Part shown: positions 25,869-36,289 of the stretch, in pieces | Numbering within the stretch: the first letter of the stretch is position 1 | Layout: the number at the start of each line of letters is the position of its first letter | Source: an uncultured Alphaproteobacteria bacterium | GTDB taxonomy: Bacteria; Pseudomonadota; Alphaproteobacteria; Rs-D84 | Length of the DNA: 64,000 bases | Direction of reading: 5' to 3' | Assembly (NCBI GenBank): GCA_937903135.1 | Contig: CALDAH010000016.1 | Location: 774-64,773 of the forward strand | Position numbers and translations under genes: made by a program | The notes under the pieces: generated by a model | Database searches by the model: none | Seen by the model: only the letters and a program-made list of their open reading frames with translations | What the model was told of the DNA's origin: nothing

Positions 25869-27800
25869 ATGCGGATGGAACTGAATCAAATTTTATTTAT
25901 TGGCGGGGCTGTACTGGCGGGGTTGCTGACGATTGCTGTTTTCGTTTTATTTTTTGTATCACGTCGTTCCCAGAAGGTAATGGAATCATTATTACAGATA
26001 ATGACCGAACCACAACGGGCACAGATCAAAGACGCAACGCGCGTATTAGCAACCATATTATCGGGCGAGATTTCAAAGATAGAGGCCAGCTTCCAAACAA
26101 TGCGTGATACATTAAATTCACAGATTGAATCTGCGAATCTGTTAAAAAACGAATTAAGTATTCAAAATGATAAACTGATCGGCATCGCAGATGATGCAAC
26201 AAAAAAACTGGTCCAGATGTCACAACGATTGGATAATACCGTATCGGGCCTAAAAGGTGTTGTTGAATCCCCATCATGGCAGGACGTAGAAGCATCCACC
26301 GACCGATTTAGTACAAACGTTAATGAAATATTAAATAAAATAAACGAAACTAATACCGATATAACGGAAAAAACCACCCAGATTCAGTCACAGATCAGCA
26401 ACTGGATTTCAACCGGCCAGGAATTATCAGATAAGCTAAAAACAGAATTTGATAGCAACGCCGCACAGATGAAAAATATTACCGACGCGTCCGGGGAAAT
26501 GCAGCAGCAGCTGTCTGTTTTAGCGCAAACGACCGCGGATGGTTTCGCCAATGTAAAAAACGCGGCATCTGATTATGAATCTATTATGGATAAAAACAAT
26601 AAAAATATGGATGCCCATTTGCTGAAAATGGATAATTTTAGCAAAATATCAAAAAAGCAGCTGACCAATCAGATGAATACATTAACCAATACCGCGAACG
26701 TTGTTGGTGGCCAGGTGCGTTTAGCAGAATCATCCGTTGAAAAGCAAATACGAAAGCTAACCGATGCCGTTGATACATTAATGGGATCTGCTGCGACTAC
26801 GGAAAATGCGGTTCGCGGGATATCTACGGAACTGGCAACACTTACAAATCGTTTTGACGGCGAGATCAAAGAATTCGCAACCGGTGTTGTATCTGAACTG
26901 AAAACGGTATCCGGCGTTGCAAATGTTACCCTGGAAAACACCAAAAATGCGGCCGGGGCATTCTCGGATTCCGTCCGTGCAATGGCGGTTGGCGTTCGCG
27001 AGACACTGATTGAGATGAATACGGCACATACGCAATTATCGGGGCAATCTGAAAACCTGATTAAGATGTCGGCCGAAACAACTGCGCAGCTGCAGCCGCT
27101 GTCAGAGCTGATTGAAAAATACTATGCTGCCCTGCCCGATTTATCCAGCGGTTCGGTTGCGGCCAGTGAAAACTTAGAAAAAATTGTATCCAGCCTGAAC
27201 GATAAAATTAATCAAATGAATACGGCCGTGGCAGAATCCACAACAACAATCGCACAATCCGCCGCCCGACTGGAGGATTTAGCCGGCCAGTCCCGTCAGC
27301 AGATGATTGATTTAATGTCTGACTATGCCAAGGCTGTAAATACCATGCAAACATTAAACAAACAGATGATGGTCGCACGCGCAACTGCGCCAATGGATGC
27401 GATTAATTCTGCCCCGGCACAGTCGTTCGGCCGCATTAGCAGCCAGGATTTTATAAAACAGACGGAACGCGCGTTTGAAAAAATGCACGAGCTGTCATTG
27501 GATCTGACCCGGGCAACCGGGGCGGATATTCCGGACGTCGTATGGAAAAAATATCACGGCGGGGATAAAACCATATTCTCAAAATGGTTGGCTAAAATGA
27601 TGGTCGCCGCGGACAAGAAACAGGTTCGCGATATGTTAAAATCCGACGCGGTATTTCGTTCCCAGGCAACGCAATTTATCCGCAGTTTTGATACGATCCT
27701 AACCGGGGCACAGCAGGCAGATAATGCCGACAAACTGGCCGCGACGCTGATTAAAACGGATTTAGGGCAGATATATACGTCATTAAAGGCGCACCTGTAA
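25869..27800 (+). CDS. Membrane-anchored long alpha-helical/coiled-coil protein, uncharacterised (643 aa)
   Basis: N-terminal TM segment ILFIGGAVLAGLLTIAVFVLFFV. About 480 aa of Q/N/S/T/E-rich helical repeat-like sequence. A distinct C-terminal domain (DVVWKKYHGGDKTIFSKWLAKMM...). Confidence 0.75.
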   Translation: MRMELNQILFIGGAVLAGLLTIAVFVLFFVSRRSQKVMESLLQIMTEPQRAQIKDATRVLATILSGEISKIEASFQTMRDTLNSQIESANLLKNELSIQNDKLIGIADDATKKLVQMSQRLDNTVSGLKGVVESPSWQDVEASTDRFSTNVNEILNKINETNTDITEKTTQIQSQISNWISTGQELSDKLKTEFDSNAAQMKNITDASGEMQQQLSVLAQTTADGFANVKNAASDYESIMDKNNKNMDAHLLKMDNFSKISKKQLTNQMNTLTNTANVVGGQVRLAESSVEKQIRKLTDAVDTLMGSAATTENAVRGISTELATLTNRFDGEIKEFATGVVSELKTVSGVANVTLENTKNAAGAFSDSVRAMAVGVRETLIEMNTAHTQLSGQSENLIKMSAETTAQLQPLSELIEKYYAALPDLSSGSVAASENLEKIVSSLNDKINQMNTAVAESTTTIAQSAARLEDLAGQSRQQMIDLMSDYAKAVNTMQTLNKQMMVARATAPMDAINSAPAQSFGRISSQDFIKQTERAFEKMHELSLDLTRATGADIPDVVWKKYHGGDKTIFSKWLAKMMVAADKKQVRDMLKSDAVFRSQATQFIRSFDTILTGAQQADNADKLAATLIKTDLGQIYTSLKAHL

Positions 27801-27864
27801 TACGCAATTGCAGCTTGACCGACGGATTTTTGCCTATATAATCTTTTAAAAAAAGAGATTTATT

Positions 27865-28941
27865 ATGGCTAAAAAAATAAAACTGGATCGTCCGGATATA
27901 ACAATTATTATACCGTGTTATAATATTGAAAAATATATTGATGAATGTCTGGATTCTGTTATGACGCAAAGTCATATATCCCAGTGCGAGGTTATTTGCA
28001 TTAACGACGCCAGTACAGATAGTACAAAACAACGCTTGGAAAAATATGCAAAAAGAAATCGCCATATTATTCACGTTATTAATAATCGCAATAACAAAGG
28101 TGTTTCAGAATCGCGTAATCGCGGCCTGGATATCGCGAATGGCAAAAATATAATGTTTATTGACGGCGATGATATAATCGGTGGGAAACTGGACTCGAAT
28201 AAAGTAGATACACATTATCTGCAAATGTTTTCAGAAGAAATGCAGGCGAATCCGGATGCAGCAATGATTCGCGGCGAGATTGTTACCGCCAACAGCGAGC
28301 TTGAGATACAAAGAACCAAAATGTGCGAAAATATGTTATTCCGCAGCGGGAGAATTGTTAAAAATCCCGGCACGGCGCTAAGCCTATTGGATCAAAGGAT
28401 TAGCTGCTGCGCGGCATTATATCGGACAGATCTAATCCAGCAGTACGCGCTGCGATTCACCCCCGGTTTAATGTATTACGAGGATGCGCGGTTTACTACG
28501 ACCTATGCATTGAATTCCATTCAGTCGTATAAATACATTTTTGCAAATGCCCCAAAATTTTCATTCTATGTATATCGGCGCAGACCGGATTCGGCCATGA
28601 CTAAGCTGGCCCGCCATTCCGAAAGCAATATACGAACACTGGAACGAACAAAGAATAAGCTAGAATATTATGCTTCGCTTCTAAAACACTGTGAAACGGT
28701 TTTAGGTGCAGATAATAATTTCTTTAACATCGCTGCACACCGACGGGCAAAAACAGCCAAACAGATTAGTCGTTATAAGCGAATGTCAGCCTTGGTGGAA
28801 TATGACATATTATCGGACGCCATCCCAAAGGATTGCGTTGAATGCGATAAAACGAACTGCGCCGCATGCATTAATTATAGTATGTTAAAGTTTTCAATTG
28901 ATTACTACCTTACATACCTTACTAAGCGCAAGCGGCGCTAA
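27865..28941 (+). CDS. Family 2 glycosyltransferase
   Basis: ITIIIPCYNIEKYIDECLDSVMTQS, INDASTDST, FIDGDD (DxD). Confidence 0.85.
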   Translation: MAKKIKLDRPDITIIIPCYNIEKYIDECLDSVMTQSHISQCEVICINDASTDSTKQRLEKYAKRNRHIIHVINNRNNKGVSESRNRGLDIANGKNIMFIDGDDIIGGKLDSNKVDTHYLQMFSEEMQANPDAAMIRGEIVTANSELEIQRTKMCENMLFRSGRIVKNPGTALSLLDQRISCCAALYRTDLIQQYALRFTPGLMYYEDARFTTTYALNSIQSYKYIFANAPKFSFYVYRRRPDSAMTKLARHSESNIRTLERTKNKLEYYASLLKHCETVLGADNNFFNIAAHRRAKTAKQISRYKRMSALVEYDILSDAIPKDCVECDKTNCAACINYSMLKFSIDYYLTYLTKRKRR

Positions 28942-28945
28942 TCGC

Positions 28946-29638
28946 CTATCGCGAATGAATATGTTTGTCTATTAACTTATCCAGCACCGGACGCAGCGCA
29001 TCAAAGGTTTCGGCGGCATTCATACGCGTGCCATCGGGTTTCATTTCATTAACAACCGTCCAAGAACGAGGATTTTTTTGTGCGATGAAATTATAAACGC
29101 GCGATACATCATTTAATAGCTTAAAATCACTTTCGTGCATATCAGGTTTACCGTTCTGATATTCTTTTAGGCCCTGTGTTCGCATCGCATATGATATTTC
29201 CGGACGCAGATATAAATAGATATTATAATCCGGGCGAATTATCCCCATTTCATCAAACTCAGTTTTTTCCATGTAATTAATTTTCTGCGACCATTGTTCT
29301 TCGGGGCATTTTGCAACCGAAAATGAATTGCTGTATGTATAACGATCCAAAACAACCCATTTCCCGGCGGCCAACCAGCGTTTTATTATCGGCATATGCT
29401 GCATACGATCCAATGCATATGGCAACATCGCATATTCGGCCGGCAAACTGCGCACAGGGCCATATTCCCCGTTTAAGTAATCCTTAATAACCTTGCCGAA
29501 ATATGATGAATATTGTGGGAAATCCAGTGTTTCGGCCGGTATATTTTTTGATTTTAAATATTGCATAATATTCATAACCTGGGTGTGTTTCCCGGCCTTG
29601 TCCGCACCTTCTACTGCGATTAATAATCCTTGTTTCAT
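28946..29638 (-). CDS. Thymidylate kinase family protein (eukaryote/archaeal-like P-loop)
   Basis: LIAVEGADKAGKHTQ P-loop and the VLDRYTYSN (DRY) motif. AAGGGGA SD favours ATG 29638 over the listed 29668. Confidence 0.6.
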   Translation of the reverse strand: MKQGLLIAVEGADKAGKHTQVMNIMQYLKSKNIPAETLDFPQYSSYFGKVIKDYLNGEYGPVRSLPAEYAMLPYALDRMQHMPIIKRWLAAGKWVVLDRYTYSNSFSVAKCPEEQWSQKINYMEKTEFDEMGIIRPDYNIYLYLRPEISYAMRTQGLKEYQNGKPDMHESDFKLLNDVSRVYNFIAQKNPRSWTVVNEMKPDGTRMNAAETFDALRPVLDKLIDKHIHSR

Positions 29639-29704
29639 TTTATTTCCCCTTGTTTTGATTTTCTGCAAAAATGGCGCAGTGTTAATCTACGCCATTTTAT
29701 TATA

Positions 29705-31795
29705 TTAGTCTTCTTCTAAGAAGCTTTTTAATTTTCGCGCGCGCGTCGGGTGTTTCAGTTTATTTAACGCCTTTTGCTCAATCTGGCGAATACGTTCACG
29801 TGTAACACCGATATATTCCCCAACCTCCTCCAGGGTGCTGGTTTTATTAGTGCTCATCCCGAAACGCTGACGCAGAACAGTTTCTTCTTTTGGTTCAAGC
29901 TCGGATAAAATCTGCGTAACGATTTTACGCAAATTTTTCTGTGCGGCCGATACGAACGGATTTTTTGCTGTTTCGTCTGCAATAATCTCTATTCGTGAAC
30001 CGTCATCTTCTGTGCCGACCGGTGCTTCTAATGAAATCGGACGCAGGTTAACCTTCATCGCCTTATGAATCTTATCAACCGGCAGATATATTATCTTTGA
30101 CAGCTCTTCGGCGGTTGGCTGACGCCCGTATTTATGCATAAACTGACGTGATGCACGTTGAATTTTATGAATGTTATCAATCATATGAACCGGGATACGA
30201 ATTGTTCGGGCCTGATCGGCGATACTGCGCGATATACCCTGCTGAATCCAATTGGTTGCATATGTTGAAAATTTATTCCCCAGGCGATAGTCAAATTTAT
30301 CAACCGCTTTCATTAGCCCGATATTACCATCCTGAACCAGATCGGAAAAATCCAGCCCCAGGCCGCGATTACTGTGCTTTTTCGCGAACTTAATAACCAG
30401 ACGCAGGTTGGCCTCAATCATTTCACGTTTTGCACGTGCTGCCTCGGTCTGGCCGCGACGAACCAGTTCAACGACTTTCTTGTATTCAGATATTGGCTGA
30501 CCTGTTTCATTGGCAATCGCTGTTATATCTTCTTGGATTTTTAAGATATCTTTTTCATGCTTTTTCGCAAAGTTTACCCAGGTTGGATTTTTATGTTTTA
30601 ATAATTTCTTTACCCAATTACGATTTAACTCGTTCCCGGTATATTCGGCCAAGAAATCCTCGCGCTTGATTTTATTTGCCATGGCCAATCGCAACAGTTT
30701 TCCTTCCAGCCCCATTAACAGCTGATCGCGTTTGGTTAGCTGTTCCAAAATCTCGGCGATACGATCGTCGTGCAGACGAATTTTGCTGACGTGCTCAAAC
30801 AGCTCCAGACGCATTTTAGTATATTTCTTTTCCAATGCCGCGTCGGGTTCTGCGGACGATAGAAGGTTTTCTAAACGTTTTGCCTGTAATTTTTGCATAC
30901 TGTTAAATATACGTTTTATTTTTGCAAATAAATCCGTAATCATCGGCATTAACGCTTCTTCCATAATGGGAATGGATACCCCGGAACGTCCACGTGACGA
31001 ATCTTCTTTGCGATCGCCATCTTCGTCATCTTCATCGTCTTCGTCGGAATCTTCGCCTTCGTCGTCGGCGAACATTTCCTCTAATGAATCCAGATCTTCG
31101 TCGTCTAAATCATCAACGTGTTCAACGCCCTTGGATTTCATAGTTTCAGATAATGCCGCCAATGATTTTTGTTCGGAATCACTGGAATACATAACCTCCA
31201 GATTAATAATATAACGCAGGCGAATATCATCGTTTAATAATTGCTGATACCAGTCCAGCATCGCCTGAATTGTCATCGGGCTTTCGCACAGGCCATATGC
31301 CATTAATCGTGATGCGGCCTCTATACGCTGGGCGATTGCAACCTCGCCGGCGGCCGTTAGAAGCTGAACCGTTCCGATCTGTTTCAGATACGACTGAACC
31401 GAATCCTGAACACCTAAAACCAGGTTGCCGGTCTGGCTGCGTTCGAGCTGTTTAGCGTAATGATCATAATCGTCATCATTAACATCAACCTGTTCGGCAT
31501 CTGCGTTTAAAACGTTACGTGTTTTATCGCGCGATTCTTCGGAATCATCGTCGTAATATTTTTCCATATTTTGGGAAAAATTATCCGTTTCAAGAATTTC
31601 CAGTCCTAAATCCTGCTGAAAGAAATCCAGTACTTCATCCTGTTCTTCGTGTGGGACTTCGTCCGCTTCGGTGGCGGCATTAAAATCCATCTGCGAAAAA
31701 TAGCCAACTTCCATCGCGGAAGTTGCTAAATTTTGTAAGTTTTCAGGCAAAGACTCAACCAAGAGTTTTGTCGCTTCGTCCAGTTTTTTAGCCAT
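29705..31795 (-). CDS. rpoD: RNA polymerase sigma factor RpoD (sigma70) with acidic insertion
   Basis: Regions 1.2-4.2 are all readable ([67 protein letters not shown]). DE-rich spacer. Confidence 0.96.
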   Translation of the reverse strand: MAKKLDEATKLLVESLPENLQNLATSAMEVGYFSQMDFNAATEADEVPHEEQDEVLDFFQQDLGLEILETDNFSQNMEKYYDDDSEESRDKTRNVLNADAEQVDVNDDDYDHYAKQLERSQTGNLVLGVQDSVQSYLKQIGTVQLLTAAGEVAIAQRIEAASRLMAYGLCESPMTIQAMLDWYQQLLNDDIRLRYIINLEVMYSSDSEQKSLAALSETMKSKGVEHVDDLDDEDLDSLEEMFADDEGEDSDEDDEDDEDGDRKEDSSRGRSGVSIPIMEEALMPMITDLFAKIKRIFNSMQKLQAKRLENLLSSAEPDAALEKKYTKMRLELFEHVSKIRLHDDRIAEILEQLTKRDQLLMGLEGKLLRLAMANKIKREDFLAEYTGNELNRNWVKKLLKHKNPTWVNFAKKHEKDILKIQEDITAIANETGQPISEYKKVVELVRRGQTEAARAKREMIEANLRLVIKFAKKHSNRGLGLDFSDLVQDGNIGLMKAVDKFDYRLGNKFSTYATNWIQQGISRSIADQARTIRIPVHMIDNIHKIQRASRQFMHKYGRQPTAEELSKIIYLPVDKIHKAMKVNLRPISLEAPVGTEDDGSRIEIIADETAKNPFVSAAQKNLRKIVTQILSELEPKEETVLRQRFGMSTNKTSTLEEVGEYIGVTRERIRQIEQKALNKLKHPTRARKLKSFLEED

Positions 31796-31829
31796 TAGCC
31801 AACCTTTTGAAGTTTATAATAAATTTAAA

Positions 31830-32354
31830 TTATTTATTCTTTTGTGCTTTTGCAACCGCTTCGTGCAATGCGGATTCCGATACCAGCCCGAGGACAATCG
31901 GCGACTGTATTTGAATTAGCGAATAAGATTTATGTGTTTTATTACGAACTGATGCAACAGTTGGGTTTGTACTGCGCATTAAACGTGCAATCTGCCCGTC
32001 TGATAATTCGGGATAATTTTTTACAATCCACAAAATTCCGCCCAAACGATTTTGACGGTGCAGCTTTGGCGTATATCCGACGCCTTTTTTATTTTGTGCC
32101 TTTTGCGCATTTACAATTGTTTCACGCAGATGCAGACGTGCGGCCGGATCAGCTTCGGCGGCGGCAATATCATCGCGCGTTAATTGACCGTTTAAAACCG
32201 GGTTTAAACCCTGGATTTTATATGTTTCTGCATCGGCTATATTTTTAACCTCTAATTCATGCAGGCCACAGAAATCCGCAATTTGTTCAAATGTCAATGC
32301 AGTATTTTCAATCAACCACAGAGCTGTGGATTTTGGCATATATGGATAATTCAT
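31830..32354 (-). CDS. DUF1013-type protein (alphaproteobacterial, TrcR-like)
   Basis: MPKSTALWLIENTALTFEQIADFCGLHELEV matches the DUF1013 N-terminal pattern as I remember it. AGAGGA SD before ATG 32354. Confidence 0.7.
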   Translation of the reverse strand: MNYPYMPKSTALWLIENTALTFEQIADFCGLHELEVKNIADAETYKIQGLNPVLNGQLTRDDIAAAEADPAARLHLRETIVNAQKAQNKKGVGYTPKLHRQNRLGGILWIVKNYPELSDGQIARLMRSTNPTVASVRNKTHKSYSLIQIQSPIVLGLVSESALHEAVAKAQKNK

Positions 32355-32487
32355 GAACGTTCCTCTTGTTGCTGGGGGCAATATACACCAAAATTAGCTG
32401 TAATTCAAGCCATTTATTTAATATATTTTAAATATAATTTGCGGCATAACGCCGCAAATTATATCCCGCGATTAGCAAAAATCGCCG

Positions 32488-33915
32488 TTATGACTTTTTT
32501 ACCAGCTTCGCGCCATCCTTTGTATCAACGACGTTCCAGCCCATCGCATCAATCTGGCCGCGAATTTCATCGGCACGTGCCCAATCTTTGGCGGCCTTGG
32601 CGGCGATGCGCGCATCCAACAGCGCCATAACATCGGCCGGCACGTCTGTTGTTTCCAGCCGGCGCAGATCGTTGGCACGATTAATAAACTGCAGTCCCAG
32701 TAAACGGTCAATAAATTCAAACAGCGCGATCTTGGTCGCAACATTTACCGATGTATCTTTGTTTAATTCGTGTATTGCGACCAACGCTTCTGCGGTTTTC
32801 AGGTTATCTGATACCAGCCCCAAAATACGGTCATGCCACGCCGAATAGGCCGCATCGTCAACCGTCCCCGGGTTTTTATCGTCCAATAATTCTGCAACGC
32901 GGCGAACAATATTTTTATATCCATTCGCGGCCGATTCCAACGCTTCCCATGAAAAGGTCAGCTGTGACTGATAATGCCCCAGCGACAGCATATAACGATA
33001 CGCCATCGGGTCAAATCCGTGATCTTTTAATACCGACAAGCTTAAAAATTCCCCGTCGGATTTTGACATTTTACCGCCACTTTTATCCATAAGGAACTCT
33101 GAATGCACCCAATATTTTACCCATGGCGCACCGGTAATCGGTTCACTTTGCGCGATTTCATTTGCGTGATGAACGCGCGATAGATCAATCCCGCCCGTAT
33201 GAATATCAAAATGCGCCCCGAGCAGTGCCATAGACATCGCACTGCATTCAATATGCCACCCTGGGAATCCAATTCCCCAGGGGCTGTCCCATTCCATTTG
33301 ACGTTTTTTATCCGTCGGGGAAAATTTCCAGAGTGCAAAATCCGTCGGATTACGTTTTTGCTCATTAAACTCTACGCGTGCGCCGGCACGATTCCCCGAC
33401 AGTCCCCCGCCCGTTAATGCGCCATATGCGGCAAATTTTGATGTATCATAATAAATACCGTCCCCTGGGATTTCATATGTATATCCTAAATCCACCAATT
33501 TCTGGACCAGTGCGATCTGTTCATCAATATAATCGGTTGCACGCGGGCGTTCGGTTGGCGGCAACAGGTTCATATCATCGCTGTCACGTAAAAATTCATC
33601 GGTATAAAACTTAGCGATATCCCATACTGATTTATTATCACGGGCTGCGCCTTTTTCCATTTTATCTTCGCCGCTGTCATCTTCGTCATTCGTCAGATGG
33701 CCAACATCGGTAATATTCATAACATTACGAACGTTATATCCGTTTTCAATAAACATGCGCTTTAATAAATCTGTTAAAACAAAAGTACGAAAATTACCGA
33801 TATGCGCATGATGATAAACCGTCGGGCCGCACGAATAAAAACCAACCTGCCCTGGTGTTAATGGGACAAAATCTTCCAGTTTTCGGGACATCGTATTAAA
33901 TAATCTGATTTTCAT
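32488..33915 (-). CDS. cysS: Cysteine--tRNA ligase
   Basis: YSCGPTVYHHAHIGN (HIGH) and GGKMSKSDG (KMSKS). SD GGAAA favours ATG 33915. Confidence 0.95.
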   Translation of the reverse strand: MKIRLFNTMSRKLEDFVPLTPGQVGFYSCGPTVYHHAHIGNFRTFVLTDLLKRMFIENGYNVRNVMNITDVGHLTNDEDDSGEDKMEKGAARDNKSVWDIAKFYTDEFLRDSDDMNLLPPTERPRATDYIDEQIALVQKLVDLGYTYEIPGDGIYYDTSKFAAYGALTGGGLSGNRAGARVEFNEQKRNPTDFALWKFSPTDKKRQMEWDSPWGIGFPGWHIECSAMSMALLGAHFDIHTGGIDLSRVHHANEIAQSEPITGAPWVKYWVHSEFLMDKSGGKMSKSDGEFLSLSVLKDHGFDPMAYRYMLSLGHYQSQLTFSWEALESAANGYKNIVRRVAELLDDKNPGTVDDAAYSAWHDRILGLVSDNLKTAEALVAIHELNKDTSVNVATKIALFEFIDRLLGLQFINRANDLRRLETTDVPADVMALLDARIAAKAAKDWARADEIRGQIDAMGWNVVDTKDGAKLVKKS

Positions 33916-34077
33916 GTGCACTTTCCTTAGTGTTAAAAATAATTTGATAAATTATGTAGTTTATATATGCAAACAGTTTGCCAAAACAGCAATTAACAAC
34001 AGCAACAACAATATATATTGAAATTAAATAAAACCATATAAATATTATGACCCATTTTACAATATAAGTCAAGCCTA

Positions 34078-35172
34078 TTAGCCCAGAACGCGTTCATACA
34101 ATGCGATCGTATCGCCAAGCATTTTTTTACGGGTATATTTTTTAATAAATCGCGAATAGCCGGCGACGGCCATTTTTGTCCGCAAAGCCCTGCTTTCAAT
34201 CACGCGGTTCATCGCGGCTGCATATCGCGTCGGACTGATTTCGTGTTCCGCGCCCATTTCAACAAATATTGCGGCCGGGCCGAACATTTCAACCATGGCG
34301 GATTCGTCCGTAGATATAATCGGCAGGTTATATGCCATCGCTTCTATGCCGGCGAATGAACAGGCCTCGGTCCGGGATGCGAATAATGCACAGTCGGCAC
34401 GTTCATAGCATTCACGAATAACCGCCGAATCCGATACCAGCCCCAGTCGCCGTATCGGCAAATCTGCGATTTCATCAAACAACGCTTCGTCGTCACGGGA
34501 ATATCCGCCAAGTACGGTGACGTCTATTTTATGTTTTTTCGCGACCTGACGAATTGCCGGAATTATTTTAGCAAACCCCTTGTGCGGTGACCAGCCGTTT
34601 GCAAATATAAATCTAAATACGCCATCAGATGGTTTTTTAGTTTCTATTTTCGGTTTTTCCACCCCGTTATAAATAACACTAAACGGGCGGGCGCATTTCC
34701 AATAATCCATATACTTTCGCCCGTTATCCCCGACCAAGATTATATGATCCATATTAAAATACGGATCGCCGGGCGCGGCCTGGGGCATCGCCGCCATTGC
34801 CGGCTGACAGTGCAGAACACCGATTGTTTTGCAATATACCCGACCTTTTATCATATACGCCAGCCCCTCGCACGAGAGGCAATCGCTTTTTACAATTAAA
34901 TTCGGCATATTACGTATTTTTGGAAAAATATATGCAAAAACACCCTCAAACAACGCTTGGAACGGATACGATGCCGGATGAAAGATCTGCAGCTCGTCGT
35001 CTGTATCAACCATTCGGATATCTTTGAATTCAGGGGAACGGTAAAAAACAATATGATATGTGTTGATATAATCAGGCATACCGTCGCGCAATACATCAAA
35101 ATATGTTGCGATGCCACTCTGATAACGGGCGTCACGCGCATCTATTTCAATAACGGATATATGTTTTTTCAT
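34078..35172 (-). CDS. Family 4 (GT-B) glycosyltransferase, co-directional with the upstream Cys-rich gene
   Basis: C-terminal ...CALFASRTEACSFAGIEAMAYNLPIISTD... is a GT4 E-x7-E-like region. The start lies 22 nt after the 35195..35905 stop, with a CAGAGG SD. Confidence 0.8.
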   Translation of the reverse strand: MKKHISVIEIDARDARYQSGIATYFDVLRDGMPDYINTYHIVFYRSPEFKDIRMVDTDDELQIFHPASYPFQALFEGVFAYIFPKIRNMPNLIVKSDCLSCEGLAYMIKGRVYCKTIGVLHCQPAMAAMPQAAPGDPYFNMDHIILVGDNGRKYMDYWKCARPFSVIYNGVEKPKIETKKPSDGVFRFIFANGWSPHKGFAKIIPAIRQVAKKHKIDVTVLGGYSRDDEALFDEIADLPIRRLGLVSDSAVIRECYERADCALFASRTEACSFAGIEAMAYNLPIISTDESAMVEMFGPAAIFVEMGAEHEISPTRYAAAMNRVIESRALRTKMAVAGYSRFIKKYTRKKMLGDTIALYERVLG

Positions 35173-35194
35173 CGCGGGCCTCTGGTGTTTATTT

Positions 35195-35905
35195 TTAATT
35201 CTGATACGCGCATCCGGTCGGATATGTATATGTGCCCGCGCTGTCTGAAAACACCTGATTGCCGTCGGGCGTTGCCCTGCACGATGTTATTCCAACGCCA
35301 CCCTGGGCCGTCCAGCACCAGCCGGATTCACAGTTACCGCTGACCTGGCCGGTATTGGGAACGGTTATACCGCCCGTTGCCGTATGATTATATATCGGGC
35401 ATGGCTTACAACAGTTCGCAAGCACCGATAGACTGGCGATCCCGCTGGTATTCGGGGCACATGATCCGCCGGTGGATGTAAAATAAAAACCGGTATCACA
35501 GCCTATGAAAGTATACCCGCCACCGCTTTGTTCGGACCACGTGGCATTACGATAATAACACCCGGTGCCAGTTCCGCCCATTTGATTGTCCGATAAAAAC
35601 GAACATCCCTTGCTTGCAAAGAAACTTTGATTAGAACAGTAAACCCCTGTGGAATTACAATACGAAAAACCGCTGCATTCGCTGATGGAGTTCCATAATA
35701 CGTCGTTTACACCAACGTTTGGACAATACCTGGATACAAATGATTGCTGATTATCTGTAATCGTTGCCATAAATCCGGACCGCGGGATCGTATTACCGTC
35801 AAACCTATAAATATTCCCCTTATATACATCTGCCCGCGTGCGTCCGAAAACCGAGACTATAATTCCGAAACACACGCCTAATGTCCTGATTAACGTACGC
35901 TTCAT
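35195..35905 (-). CDS. Cysteine-rich secreted protein (236 aa) with C-terminal GTYTYxxxC motif
   Basis: GGGGGA SD. Signal-like MKRTLIRTLGVCFGIIVSVFGRTRA. Many Cys and N-x-S/T. C-terminus SDSAGTYTYPTGCAYQN. Confidence 0.72.
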   Translation of the reverse strand: MKRTLIRTLGVCFGIIVSVFGRTRADVYKGNIYRFDGNTIPRSGFMATITDNQQSFVSRYCPNVGVNDVLWNSISECSGFSYCNSTGVYCSNQSFFASKGCSFLSDNQMGGTGTGCYYRNATWSEQSGGGYTFIGCDTGFYFTSTGGSCAPNTSGIASLSVLANCCKPCPIYNHTATGGITVPNTGQVSGNCESGWCWTAQGGVGITSCRATPDGNQVFSDSAGTYTYPTGCAYQN

Positions 35906-36099
35906 TGGATTCCCCCTTTTTTATATTTCCGTTCGCATTTCCCGCACGCATTGGGCGAATTATAAGATTCTGGATCTCTAATCCAAACCACCGTTTGTAT
36001 TCGGCATATAATAGTGGTAAAAAATGACGGAAATCCGATGGGTGGGGTAAAATAAAAACCGCCATAAAAAACGGTGGTTTAAATTCAGCATAAAAATAA

Positions 36100-36188
36100 T
36101 GGCGGAGCGTATAGGACTCGAACCTATGGACCGCTAAAATACGGTCACAGATTAGCAATCTGCTGCATTACCACTCTGCCAACGCTCC
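36100..36188 (-). tRNA. tRNA-Ser (anticodon GCU)
   Basis: Reverse complement GGAGCGTTGGCAGAGTGGTAATGCAGCAGATTGCTAATCTGTGACCGTATTTTAGCGGTCCATAGGTTCGAGTCCTATACGCTCCGCCA. Long variable arm, anticodon loop TTGCTAA, encoded CCA. Confidence 0.93.
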
Positions 36189-36259
36189 GCGTGGTTGCCA
36201 GAGTATTATATAGAAGTCGCGGATAAAATGCAAGCATGAAAAAAACAAAATTCCTGCCG

Positions 36260-36286
36260 ATAAAAAAATCCCCCGATCGGGGGATT
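36260..36286 (-). terminator. Intrinsic terminator of rubrerythrin gene
   Basis: ATCCCCC-GATC-GGGGGAT with a T-run on the minus strand (plus-strand AAAAAAA 36262-36268). Confidence 0.75.
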
Positions 36287-36289
36287 TTA

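Noticed and set aside
30732-31214. A 160-aa Ser-rich plus-strand ORF.
   Set aside because: It is antisense to the acidic (GAT/GAA-rich) spacer of rpoD. This is a typical low-complexity shadow ORF.
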